Shown one piece after another: positions 9,760 to 17,751 of a stretch of DNA of 31,561 nt (its first letter is position 1; each line of letters starts with the position of its first letter). The stretch is from Bacteriovoracaceae bacterium. Its GTDB lineage: Bacteria; Bdellovibrionota; Bacteriovoracia; Bacteriovoracales; Bacteriovoracaceae. The stretch spans positions 1 through 31,561 of the forward strand of contig SKIL01000055.1 of the NCBI GenBank assembly GCA_007116425.1, written 5' to 3'. The notes beneath the pieces were generated by a model. That model searched no databases, was not told where the DNA came from, and saw nothing but the letters and a program-made list of their open reading frames with translations. The position numbers and the translations under genes were made by a program.

Positions 9760-10266
9760 TTATTCAACCTCCATCATGAGAACGCCTGCATCAAGCACTT
9801 GTCCTTCTTGAACTTGAACCGATTTAACGACACCATCTGTTCCACTCTTAATCTCATTCTCCATTTTCATGGCCTCTAAGATTAAAAGCGTGTCGCCTTT
9901 TTTTACTTCATCACCTTCATTTACTAAAATTTTTACAACCTTACCAGGCATTTGCGACAAAAGCTCACCTTGTCCACCACCGGCAAGCCCCGAGGGCTTG
10001 AAGCCATAATACAGTTTAAAAACGCGATCCACGTTTAAAAGCTCGGTGGGCAACTGCTGTCGTGCCATTTTTTCCCAGCGAATATTATCTGTAGAGGTAA
10101 AATATTGACCTGCAAGTTGGCGCACAAAGACTCGACGCGTATCAATAATTTTATTATCCTCAAGTGTCGAATACTCAAACTCAACTAGACTACTGGAGTG
10201 GCGAATGGTTTTAGTTAGGTCTACAATGAGTTCATTTTTTTCACTATCAATTAAATATGTTCTCAC
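9760..10266 (-). CDS. Biotin carboxyl carrier subunit of an acyl-CoA carboxylase, with a ~95-aa N-terminal extension
   Basis: SQMPGKVV..EAMKMENEI biotinylation motif in the C-terminal ~70 aa. GTG start 2 nt after the biotin carboxylase stop. Confidence 0.9.
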   Translation of the reverse strand: MRTYLIDSEKNELIVDLTKTIRHSSSLVEFEYSTLEDNKIIDTRRVFVRQLAGQYFTSTDNIRWEKMARQQLPTELLNVDRVFKLYYGFKPSGLAGGGQGELLSQMPGKVVKILVNEGDEVKKGDTLLILEAMKMENEIKSGTDGVVKSVQVQEGQVLDAGVLMMEVE

Positions 10267-10268
10267 GA

Positions 10269-11702
10269 TTACATCCCCATCCTTCGGGCCTCAATACAGG
10301 CCAATTTGCGATAGATAGATGTGTAGTTCACATCTGTGACGACTTTCTCTTGTGGCCTTTTGGTCGCAATGAAATTGGTTGAATAATTTCCGGCGACAAA
10401 GTCCTCGTCATTGAGAATCACTTTATGAAGAGGGATATTTGTCTTGAGACCTTCAATCAGTAGGCCCTCAAGGGCCTTTTTCATTTTACGAAGGGCCACA
10501 CTGCGAATAATTCCCTTAGTGACCAGTTTTCCCACCATAGGATCAAAGTCGGCGGTCACTTCTAGGTCGCGGTATAAATAGTGATCAAAGCGCGTTCCTT
10601 GTGGAAAGTTAGTTTCAAAACCCGTAACTTTACCAGGAGCAGGAATCATCGTTATCGGATCTTCAGCACAAATTCGGCACTCAATCGCGTGACCAGTACG
10701 CGTAATCCACTCTTGATCAGGGATACCTAAGTCCTCACCAAATGACGATTGAATCATACAAGCAATGAGGTCAATTCCCGTAATTTCTTCTGTAATTGGG
10801 TGTTCAACCTGAATTCGAGTATTCATTTCGAGAAAATAAAAGCTCTTATCTTCTCCCATGATAAACTCAACAGTTCCGGCCGAGTCATAGTTTACACTTT
10901 TGGCCAGTTGAACGGCCGTATCGCAAACTTTCTGCCTTAACTCCTCATCATCTCCAATAAAGGGCGATGGAGCTTCTTCAATAATTTTTTGGTGACGCCT
11001 TTGAACTGAACACTCTCTTTCAAAAAAGTGGTACACATTACCCTTTTTATCCGCAAGTATTTGCACCTCAATATGCCGAGGGTTCACAATAAATTTTTCA
11101 ACCAAAAGATCACCATTACCAAAGGCCGCTAGCGATTCTCTTCCGACTGCTTCAAATTGTTTTTTGATATCCTCAGGTCCTTCACACACGCGCATCCCAC
11201 GCCCACCGCCTCCGGCCACGGCCTTGAGTAAAACGGGGTAGCCAATTTCCTCTCCAACTTGGAGGGCCTCTTCAACTGACTTAACCGCATCGGCCGTACC
11301 AGGAACAACTGGGACTCCGGCCTTTTGGGCAATTTGCTTTGAGACCGCTTTGTCACCCATGAGGCGAATCGCCTCCGCGTGAGGACCAATAAAGACCACG
11401 CCTTCGTCCTCTAAGCGTTTTGCAAAAAGAGTGTTTTCAGAGAGAAATCCATAACCCGGATGAACCGCATCTATTTCATACTCTTTTACCACTTTCATAA
11501 TATTATCAATATTGAGGTAGGTTTCAGCATTAGTTGTGCCAGGGAGGCGGACCCATTCATCACAATACTCGAGATGACGAGCATGCACTTCATTATCAGT
11601 CCAAATCCCTACGGCCGTATGCCCCAACTCTCCACAGGCCCGAGCAATTCGAGCTGCAATTTCCCCACGGTTTGCAATTAGAATTTTTTTACGCCGGCTC
11701 AT
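10269..11702 (-). CDS. accC: Biotin carboxylase subunit (AccC / PccA N-terminal type)
   Basis: ILIANRGEIA, HPGYGFLSEN, GGGGRGMR, ERECSVQRRHQK, YFLEMNTRIQVEHPITE, RICAED. No biotinyl domain. Confidence 0.9.
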   Translation of the reverse strand: MSRRKKILIANRGEIAARIARACGELGHTAVGIWTDNEVHARHLEYCDEWVRLPGTTNAETYLNIDNIMKVVKEYEIDAVHPGYGFLSENTLFAKRLEDEGVVFIGPHAEAIRLMGDKAVSKQIAQKAGVPVVPGTADAVKSVEEALQVGEEIGYPVLLKAVAGGGGRGMRVCEGPEDIKKQFEAVGRESLAAFGNGDLLVEKFIVNPRHIEVQILADKKGNVYHFFERECSVQRRHQKIIEEAPSPFIGDDEELRQKVCDTAVQLAKSVNYDSAGTVEFIMGEDKSFYFLEMNTRIQVEHPITEEITGIDLIACMIQSSFGEDLGIPDQEWITRTGHAIECRICAEDPITMIPAPGKVTGFETNFPQGTRFDHYLYRDLEVTADFDPMVGKLVTKGIIRSVALRKMKKALEGLLIEGLKTNIPLHKVILNDEDFVAGNYSTNFIATKRPQEKVVTDVNYTSIYRKLACIEARRMGM

Positions 11703-13264
11703 AGTTGAATATTCCCATGTTTACGTAGTGGTTTTTCAATTTTCTTATCTTTAAGTGCTACAAAGTATTCGTAGAGGCGCTGTCGAGTTTCTTCAGGAAG
11801 AATAACCGCATCCACATAGCCCAACTCGGCCGCACGATAAGGATTATTAAATTGCTTTTCATAGTCTTCAACTAATTCTGCTTTACGCTTATCGTAAGCT
11901 TCACCTTCAAGACCTTTAAGCTCATTCCTGAAGACAATATTCACCGCACCTTCGGCACCCATAACAGCGATTTCCGAAGTCGGATAGGCCAAGTTAACAT
12001 CAGCGCGAATATGCTTAGAGGCCATAACATCGTAAGCTCCACCATAGGCCTTACGAGTAATTAAGGTAATCAATGGAACTGTCGCCTCAGCGTAAGCGTA
12101 GAGCAGTTTTGAACCATGTTTAATAATTCCTCCAAACTCTTGAACGGTTCCTGGTAAAAAGCCAGGCACATCAACCAGAGTTAAAATGGGAATATCAAAA
12201 GCATCACAAAAACGAATAAAGCGTGCGGCCTTTACAGAGGCATCAATATCTAAAACTCCGGCAAGTACTTGCGGTTGATTGGCGACAACACCAATTTTTA
12301 TGCCTCCAATTGAACCAAAACCAACGATAATATTTTTTGCATAGTCTTGATGAACCTCAAGAAAATGTTGATCGTCTACAATGTCAAAAATGACTTCTTT
12401 CATATCGTAGGGCTTACGTGAATTGGCAGGAATAAAATCTTTGAGTTTATTATTGTCGCGATAAACAGGGTCAGACGTGTATTTCAGTTCCTGTTTTCTA
12501 AAGTTAGAAGGAGGGATCAAACTTAGAAGTTCTCTCACTCGCTCAAAGCACTCATCTTCGTCTCTACAAGAAAACTGGGCCACACCCGATTTTTCGTTAT
12601 GTGTTTTACTTCCACCCAACTCTTCTTTTGTCACCTCTTCGTGTGTAACTGTTTTAATCACATCAGGTCCAGTCACGAACATATAAGAAGTCTTTTCAAT
12701 CATAAAAATAAAATCGGTAATCGCAGGCGAGTAAACGGCACCACCAGCACACGGGCCAGTGATGAGAGAAATTTGTGGAATAACTCCTGAAGCTTTAACG
12801 TTGCGATAGAAAATTTCGGCATAACCGGCCAAGGACTCCACACCCTCTTGGATACGAGCTCCCCCAGAGTCGTTAATTCCGATTATTGGAATTCTGTTTT
12901 CAAGCGCAAAGTCCATGACTTTACATATTTTCTTAGCATGGGCAGCACCAAGTGCTCCCCCCCAACATGTAAAATCTTGTGAGAAAAGAGCAACTTTTTG
13001 TTGATTGATTTCTGCAATACCAGTGACAACTCCATCGCCTAAAAACTTTTTCTTCTTATCCATTCCAAATGAAGTACATCGATGGACGACAAAGCGATCG
13101 AATTCCATAAAGGTACCGGGATCAACGAGTCTCTCAATTCGCTCACGGGCGGTATATTTTCCCTGTAGATGTTGGCGCTCAACTCTTTCTGGGCCTCCGC
13201 CCATTTCAGATTGCTCTCGCAAGCTTTTTAATAACTGGCGCTTATCTTCAATTGTTTCAGTCAT
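11699..13264 (-). CDS. pccB: Acyl-CoA carboxylase carboxyltransferase (propionyl-CoA carboxylase beta chain)
   Basis: GKYTARERI, DSGGARIQEG, GPCAGGAVYSPA, DVPGFLPG, RKAYGGAYDVM, KHGNIQL. Stop overlaps the next start (ATGA). GGGAGG Shine-Dalgarno. Substrate inferred from family and proximity to the mutase. Confidence 0.88.
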   Translation of the reverse strand: MTETIEDKRQLLKSLREQSEMGGGPERVERQHLQGKYTARERIERLVDPGTFMEFDRFVVHRCTSFGMDKKKKFLGDGVVTGIAEINQQKVALFSQDFTCWGGALGAAHAKKICKVMDFALENRIPIIGINDSGGARIQEGVESLAGYAEIFYRNVKASGVIPQISLITGPCAGGAVYSPAITDFIFMIEKTSYMFVTGPDVIKTVTHEEVTKEELGGSKTHNEKSGVAQFSCRDEDECFERVRELLSLIPPSNFRKQELKYTSDPVYRDNNKLKDFIPANSRKPYDMKEVIFDIVDDQHFLEVHQDYAKNIIVGFGSIGGIKIGVVANQPQVLAGVLDIDASVKAARFIRFCDAFDIPILTLVDVPGFLPGTVQEFGGIIKHGSKLLYAYAEATVPLITLITRKAYGGAYDVMASKHIRADVNLAYPTSEIAVMGAEGAVNIVFRNELKGLEGEAYDKRKAELVEDYEKQFNNPYRAAELGYVDAVILPEETRQRLYEYFVALKDKKIEKPLRKHGNIQL

Positions 13265-13340
13265 AGAAAACCTCCCAAAGGCAAAATGCCTAATGCCGGA
13301 GCTTACAAAGTCTGTTTAAAAAAACAAGACCCAAAAGCTC

Positions 13341-13381
13341 AAAAATACGGATTCCGGGCATTGTAACGTCCGGAATCCGTA
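13341..13381 (-). terminator. Intrinsic terminator of the sigma54-activator gene
   Basis: Perfect 12-bp inverted repeat TACGGATTCCGG (13346-13357) / CCGGAATCCGTA (13370-13381), followed on the minus strand by a T5 tract. Confidence 0.8.
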
Positions 13382-13410
13382 GAGGCTAACTATACTGCGT
13401 TAAAATCGAC

Positions 13411-14988
13411 TTATTCGTTGGCGGCTTTTTTGCGCTTATCGAGATCGTATTTATCGACCTTCGAAATAAGGTTGGCGCGGGAGATTCCCAGCTCTTTTGA
13501 AAGTTTTGACTTATTAAAGTTGCAGCGCTTCAACCCTTCGCGAATCATCATGCACTCCAACTCCTCTAAAGCTTCCTTTAGAGTTCCATTGGTATTAATT
13601 CCTCTTGCAACGCTTCCAACCGGAGCTCCTCCGTGATCGAGAATTCTCTGGCTCAACAGGTCTGGAGTGATCGTTTTATCATCACCGGCCAAAACGACCA
13701 ATCGCTCGACTTCATTTTCCAATTCTCGAACATTTCCAGGCCATGGATAATCTAGCATTTTTTCCATACATTTTTTTGAAAATGCCTTAGGTGGAACTCC
13801 CTGTTCTTCACAGCGCTTTTTCAAAAAGTGCTCCATTAAAAGCGCAATATCTTCTTGTCGCTCACGAAGAGGCGGTAGATTTACGTTAATTACATTAATT
13901 CGGTAATAAAGATCTTCTCTAAACTCACCATTTTTCATCATTGTTTTTAGATCTTTATTCGTCGCGGCCAAAATCCGGACATCGGCCTGTCTTGGTGAAG
14001 AAGCCCCTACTGGTAAGAAGGTCCCCTCCTGTAAAACCCTTAGAAGTTTTACCTGCATACTTAAACTTGTGTCCCCAATTTCATCCAAAAACAGAGTTCC
14101 ATTATTGGCGACTTCAAATAGTCCTTTCTTATCTTTTACGGCGCCCGTAAAGGCCCCTTTTACGTGTCCAAATAGTTCCGAATCCAAAAGGTTATCATTA
14201 AAGGCCGAACAGTTTACGGCCAAGAATTGTGCATCCTTACGAGGCGAATTGAAGTGAATTGCCTTGGCCACCAATTCTTTACCCGTTCCGTTTTCACCTT
14301 GAATCATCACACTCGACTCGGAGCTTGAGATTTTTTCAAGTAGTGAATAAATCTTTTGCATGGCCTTCGATTTTCCAATCATCATGTGGTAACGATATTT
14401 ATCGCCAAGTTCACTATTGAGCTCGTGAATCCGCTCTTCTCTTTTAGAAATCTCAGAATGAAAGGTTTCAATTTCATCTGATACAAGATCTACAAGCTCT
14501 GTGAGGTACTCAAGGCTTTCTGTATTTAATTTTTTAACTGACTCAATCGCGGCCTTAGCATCACCCTCGGTTGCTCCATGGTCATTGATAAGTGCCTGCT
14601 CGAGCTCTTTTATTTCAGCGTCTGTAGTGTCGTGGGAAACGAAAGGATAGGCATAAACAGTTCCAAAAACTTCACCATCGACTTCAATTTTTGCAGCAAT
14701 TCCATGAATATGTGGATACGATGTTGAAAACAAATGAGTCATCTCTTCTTTTGAATTCAATTCCTGAGATGCCTTCTCTATGTCCTGAGTAAGAAGGTTA
14801 TAGCCATGCGGTAGCCCCATTTGAACCTTAAGAAAGTGATTATTAAATTTATAATCTTTCTCTAGCTGACCACTTTGAATTTTGTCATGATTATCAGTGA
14901 AGATTTGCTCAACACTAAACCAGCGATTGAGAATCTGTTCGAGTTTTACAATCACATGCAGCTTACTAATTTCATCCCATTTAATCAT
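13411..14988 (-). CDS. Sigma54-dependent enhancer-binding protein: PocR-like N-terminal sensor, AAA+ domain, Fis-type HTH
   Basis: GENGTGKELVA, SELFGHVKGAFTGA, FLDEIGD, FREDLYYRINV, YPWPGNVRELEN, C-terminal NKSKLSKELGISR. N-terminal ~190 aa is not a receiver; the PocR-like call rests on pattern only. Start placed at ATG 14988 (AGGGG Shine-Dalgarno) rather than 15012. Confidence 0.9.
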   Translation of the reverse strand: MIKWDEISKLHVIVKLEQILNRWFSVEQIFTDNHDKIQSGQLEKDYKFNNHFLKVQMGLPHGYNLLTQDIEKASQELNSKEEMTHLFSTSYPHIHGIAAKIEVDGEVFGTVYAYPFVSHDTTDAEIKELEQALINDHGATEGDAKAAIESVKKLNTESLEYLTELVDLVSDEIETFHSEISKREERIHELNSELGDKYRYHMMIGKSKAMQKIYSLLEKISSSESSVMIQGENGTGKELVAKAIHFNSPRKDAQFLAVNCSAFNDNLLDSELFGHVKGAFTGAVKDKKGLFEVANNGTLFLDEIGDTSLSMQVKLLRVLQEGTFLPVGASSPRQADVRILAATNKDLKTMMKNGEFREDLYYRINVINVNLPPLRERQEDIALLMEHFLKKRCEEQGVPPKAFSKKCMEKMLDYPWPGNVRELENEVERLVVLAGDDKTITPDLLSQRILDHGGAPVGSVARGINTNGTLKEALEELECMMIREGLKRCNFNKSKLSKELGISRANLISKVDKYDLDKRKKAANE

Positions 14989-15184
14989 TTTACTACCCCT
15001 AAACTGAAACAACCTTGTCCATTTTTATGACAATCTAAGACCAGTTAAACCTATATAAGTTTGGTCACCGGTCTATTGTGCTGTCTAACTTTTCGGCAGT
15101 TCTCGGGATAAGCTTTAATATTTGAATAGAGATTTGAATAAAATAAAAACAGTTAGATCTGCCAGGTATTTAGGCCCTCAATAA

Positions 15185-15775
15185 TTATTGATGGGCCTCA
15201 ACTTCCTCACCACGACCGCGTATCGAGTTCTCAATAAGTCGGTTAACTCTGTCAAAATAGGTTGGTCTGGTCCACTCTTGCGGCCCAATAAACTTATTTA
15301 AGTGATCGCGGTTGGCCGCAAAAAGATATGTTTCAGGAACTCTTACAGACCCAAAGCGATCGAGTACATTTTCCGACTCTTCCATCGCAACCGTAACATT
15401 TTCAGGCAAATCATACCTTTGCATAGCGCGCATTAGCTCTCTTTCTTCATCATTCACGGCCAACAAAAGAAAGCGCACACCCAGAGGTTCCATCCGGTTA
15501 GCAAATTCAATTAATTTTGGAAGACCATCCATACAAACACCACACCAGGTTCCCCAAAGGTGAACCATGGCCGCGCGATCGCCTTGCTGAATAAGCGTAT
15601 TGTCGGTAATAAGCTCGTTCGTTTCCAAGGCACGTGCGGTAAACTGCGGCAGAGTTTGTAAAATAAGATCTCTAGCAGTTTGTAAGTGGGTATATTTATT
15701 GCGCTCATAAAGGCCATAACCTAGGGTCACAACTACAATCGCAAGAATCGTAAACATTTTCGAATGAAAGCTCAT
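15185..15775 (-). CDS. Membrane-anchored TlpA/ResA-family thiol:disulfide oxidoreductase, probably periplasm-facing
   Basis: N-terminal hydrophobic anchor, HLWGTWCGVC (WCxxC), FLLLAVND, cis-Pro loop VPETYLF, IGPQEW. Confidence 0.85.
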   Translation of the reverse strand: MSFHSKMFTILAIVVVTLGYGLYERNKYTHLQTARDLILQTLPQFTARALETNELITDNTLIQQGDRAAMVHLWGTWCGVCMDGLPKLIEFANRMEPLGVRFLLLAVNDEERELMRAMQRYDLPENVTVAMEESENVLDRFGSVRVPETYLFAANRDHLNKFIGPQEWTRPTYFDRVNRLIENSIRGRGEEVEAHQ

Positions 15776-15822
15776 TATATTCTCCGAAAGCTAAAATGCT
15801 TTATCTATGTATGCGCAAGATA

Positions 15823-15855
15823 CTAAAAAACCTTCTCGATGAGAAGGTTTTTTAG
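15823..15855. terminator. Intrinsic terminator ending the ribosomal protein/alpha operon (symmetric, potentially bidirectional)
   Basis: CTAAAAAACCTTCTC-gat-GAGAAGGTTTTTTAG, a perfect 15-bp inverted repeat with A/T tracts, 33 nt past the rplQ stop. Confidence 0.85.
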
Positions 15856-15888
15856 GTTAGGTAAATGTCAATTTTAAAACGTAAAGAA

Positions 15889-16245
15889 CTAGTCAACGAG
15901 AGCGATATAGCTCATTTTCGCATTGTCGCCCATTCTGCCATCAGCAAGCTTCATAATTCTTGTATAACCACCATTTCTTTCTTTGAACTTTGGGGCCACA
16001 TCAGTAAAAAGCTTGGCAACAGCAGTTTTATTATTAAGCTTTGAAAAAGCTTCTCTTCTATTGGCAACTGTATCTTCTTTCGCAAGTGTAATCAGCTTCT
16101 CAACGAATGGCTGAACGGCCTTACACTTAGTATGTGTTGTTTTTACTTGACCGTGATCAATAACTTCTATCGCCAAGTTCTTCATCAAAGCCTTTCTATG
16201 TGCCGGGTTTGTCCCAACATTGTATTTCTTCATCCCATGTCTCAT
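15889..16245 (-). CDS. rplQ: 50S ribosomal protein bL17
   Basis: MRHG..HRKALMKNLA..ITLAK..RNGGYTRI. Confidence 0.97.
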   Translation of the reverse strand: MRHGMKKYNVGTNPAHRKALMKNLAIEVIDHGQVKTTHTKCKAVQPFVEKLITLAKEDTVANRREAFSKLNNKTAVAKLFTDVAPKFKERNGGYTRIMKLADGRMGDNAKMSYIALVD

Positions 16246-16278
16246 AATCCACTCCTACATCAACAACCGCTTTAGATT

Positions 16279-17307
16279 TTATAACTGCTCTTGATCTTGC
16301 TTTTCTTTAATTTCTTTCATAATGGAGTCAACTTTCATTCCAAGTCCAAGCCCCATTTGAGTCAAGATCTCTTTAATTTCATTAAGTGATTTACGGCCAA
16401 AATTCTTGGTACGCAACATCTCACCTTCAGTCTTTGAAACTAATTCATAGATATATTTAATATTCGCATTCTGAAGACAGTTTGCTGAACGAACTGATAG
16501 TTCAAGCTCAGATACTGGCTTAAGAAGCGCATTGTTCGCATTTGACTGAGTCTGCTGTGGCTTCTGCTCAATTCGAGCGATCTCTTCCTCATCCTCAAAG
16601 CTAAGGAAAACAGCTAGCTGATCTCTAAGAATCTTTGCAGAGTATGCAACCGCTTCTTGAGGATCTACACCCGAGTTCGTCCAAACTTCAAGAGTCAATT
16701 TATCGTAGTCTGTTCTCTTACCAACTCGCGAGTTTGTTACAGTGTAATTAACACGAGCAACTGGAGAGAAAAGAGTATCAAGATAAATCCACCCAACAGG
16801 TAGCTCATACATTTCTTGGTTATCTTGTGCTGTAACATATCCCTTACCACGACCAATCTTCAGTTCCATTTTGATTGATCCACCAGAAGAAATATTAGCG
16901 ATAACATGATGAGGGTTAAGAACCTTTACATCATTTGCTTCTGCGATATCTCCGGCCGTTACAGGACCTTCTCCACTCTTTTCAAGCGTAAGAACTACTT
17001 CTTCTTTAGAGCTGAGCTTAAAGTGAATTTCTTTCAAGTTAAGGATAATTTCTGAAACTTCTTCCTTAACATTATTAATTGTATCAAACTCGTGATCAAC
17101 GCCTTCAATTCTAATGGCGACAATACCTGCACCCTGAAGTGAAGAAAGGAGAACTCTTCTCAATGAATTACCAAGAGTTTGTCCGTATCCCCTCTCGAGA
17201 GGTTTAGCCACAAATTTACCATAGCTAGATTTTAGTGTATCGCTGTCTACCTCGAGTGCGACAGGACGAATCATGCTTGTCCAGTTCTTAGCTGTAAAAT
17301 TATCCAT
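16279..17307 (-). CDS. rpoA: RNA polymerase alpha subunit
   Basis: PLERGYGQTLGNSLRRVLLSS, RTDYDKL, ELSVRSANCL, NFGRKSLNEI. Confidence 0.98.
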   Translation of the reverse strand: MDNFTAKNWTSMIRPVALEVDSDTLKSSYGKFVAKPLERGYGQTLGNSLRRVLLSSLQGAGIVAIRIEGVDHEFDTINNVKEEVSEIILNLKEIHFKLSSKEEVVLTLEKSGEGPVTAGDIAEANDVKVLNPHHVIANISSGGSIKMELKIGRGKGYVTAQDNQEMYELPVGWIYLDTLFSPVARVNYTVTNSRVGKRTDYDKLTLEVWTNSGVDPQEAVAYSAKILRDQLAVFLSFEDEEEIARIEQKPQQTQSNANNALLKPVSELELSVRSANCLQNANIKYIYELVSKTEGEMLRTKNFGRKSLNEIKEILTQMGLGLGMKVDSIMKEIKEKQDQEQL

Positions 17308-17336
17308 TGGACCTTTCTCCTTAAACTTAACCTAAA

Positions 17337-17723
17337 TTATACTCTTCTTCTTTTCGGTGCTCGACATCCATTATGAGGAATTGGACTTCGATCTGCAACA
17401 GAAGTAATTCGCAAACCAGCTCCAACGAGTGCACGAATCGCGTTTTCGCGTCCAGCACCTGGGCCTTTAACCATAACTTCAACAGATCCCATTCCATGCT
17501 CAACAGCCTTCTTTGCAGCTTCGGCAGATGCCATCTGAGCAGCAAATGGAGTCGATTTCTTAGATCCTCTAAATCCTAATTGTCCAGCACTGGCCCAAGA
17601 AACGGCTTTTCCGTTTGGATCAGTGAAAGTAACAATTGTGTTATTAAAAGATGCCTGAATGTGGCAAATCCCATGAGGAATATTCTTTTTAACTTTTTTC
17701 TTTGTCGCAACTTTTTTAACCAT
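17337..17723 (-). CDS. rpsK: 30S ribosomal protein uS11
   Basis: [33 protein letters not shown]. Confidence 0.98.
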   Translation of the reverse strand: MVKKVATKKKVKKNIPHGICHIQASFNNTIVTFTDPNGKAVSWASAGQLGFRGSKKSTPFAAQMASAEAAKKAVEHGMGSVEVMVKGPGAGRENAIRALVGAGLRITSVADRSPIPHNGCRAPKRRRV

Positions 17724-17751
17724 AACTCAACTCACTTTAATTAGCAGTTAC

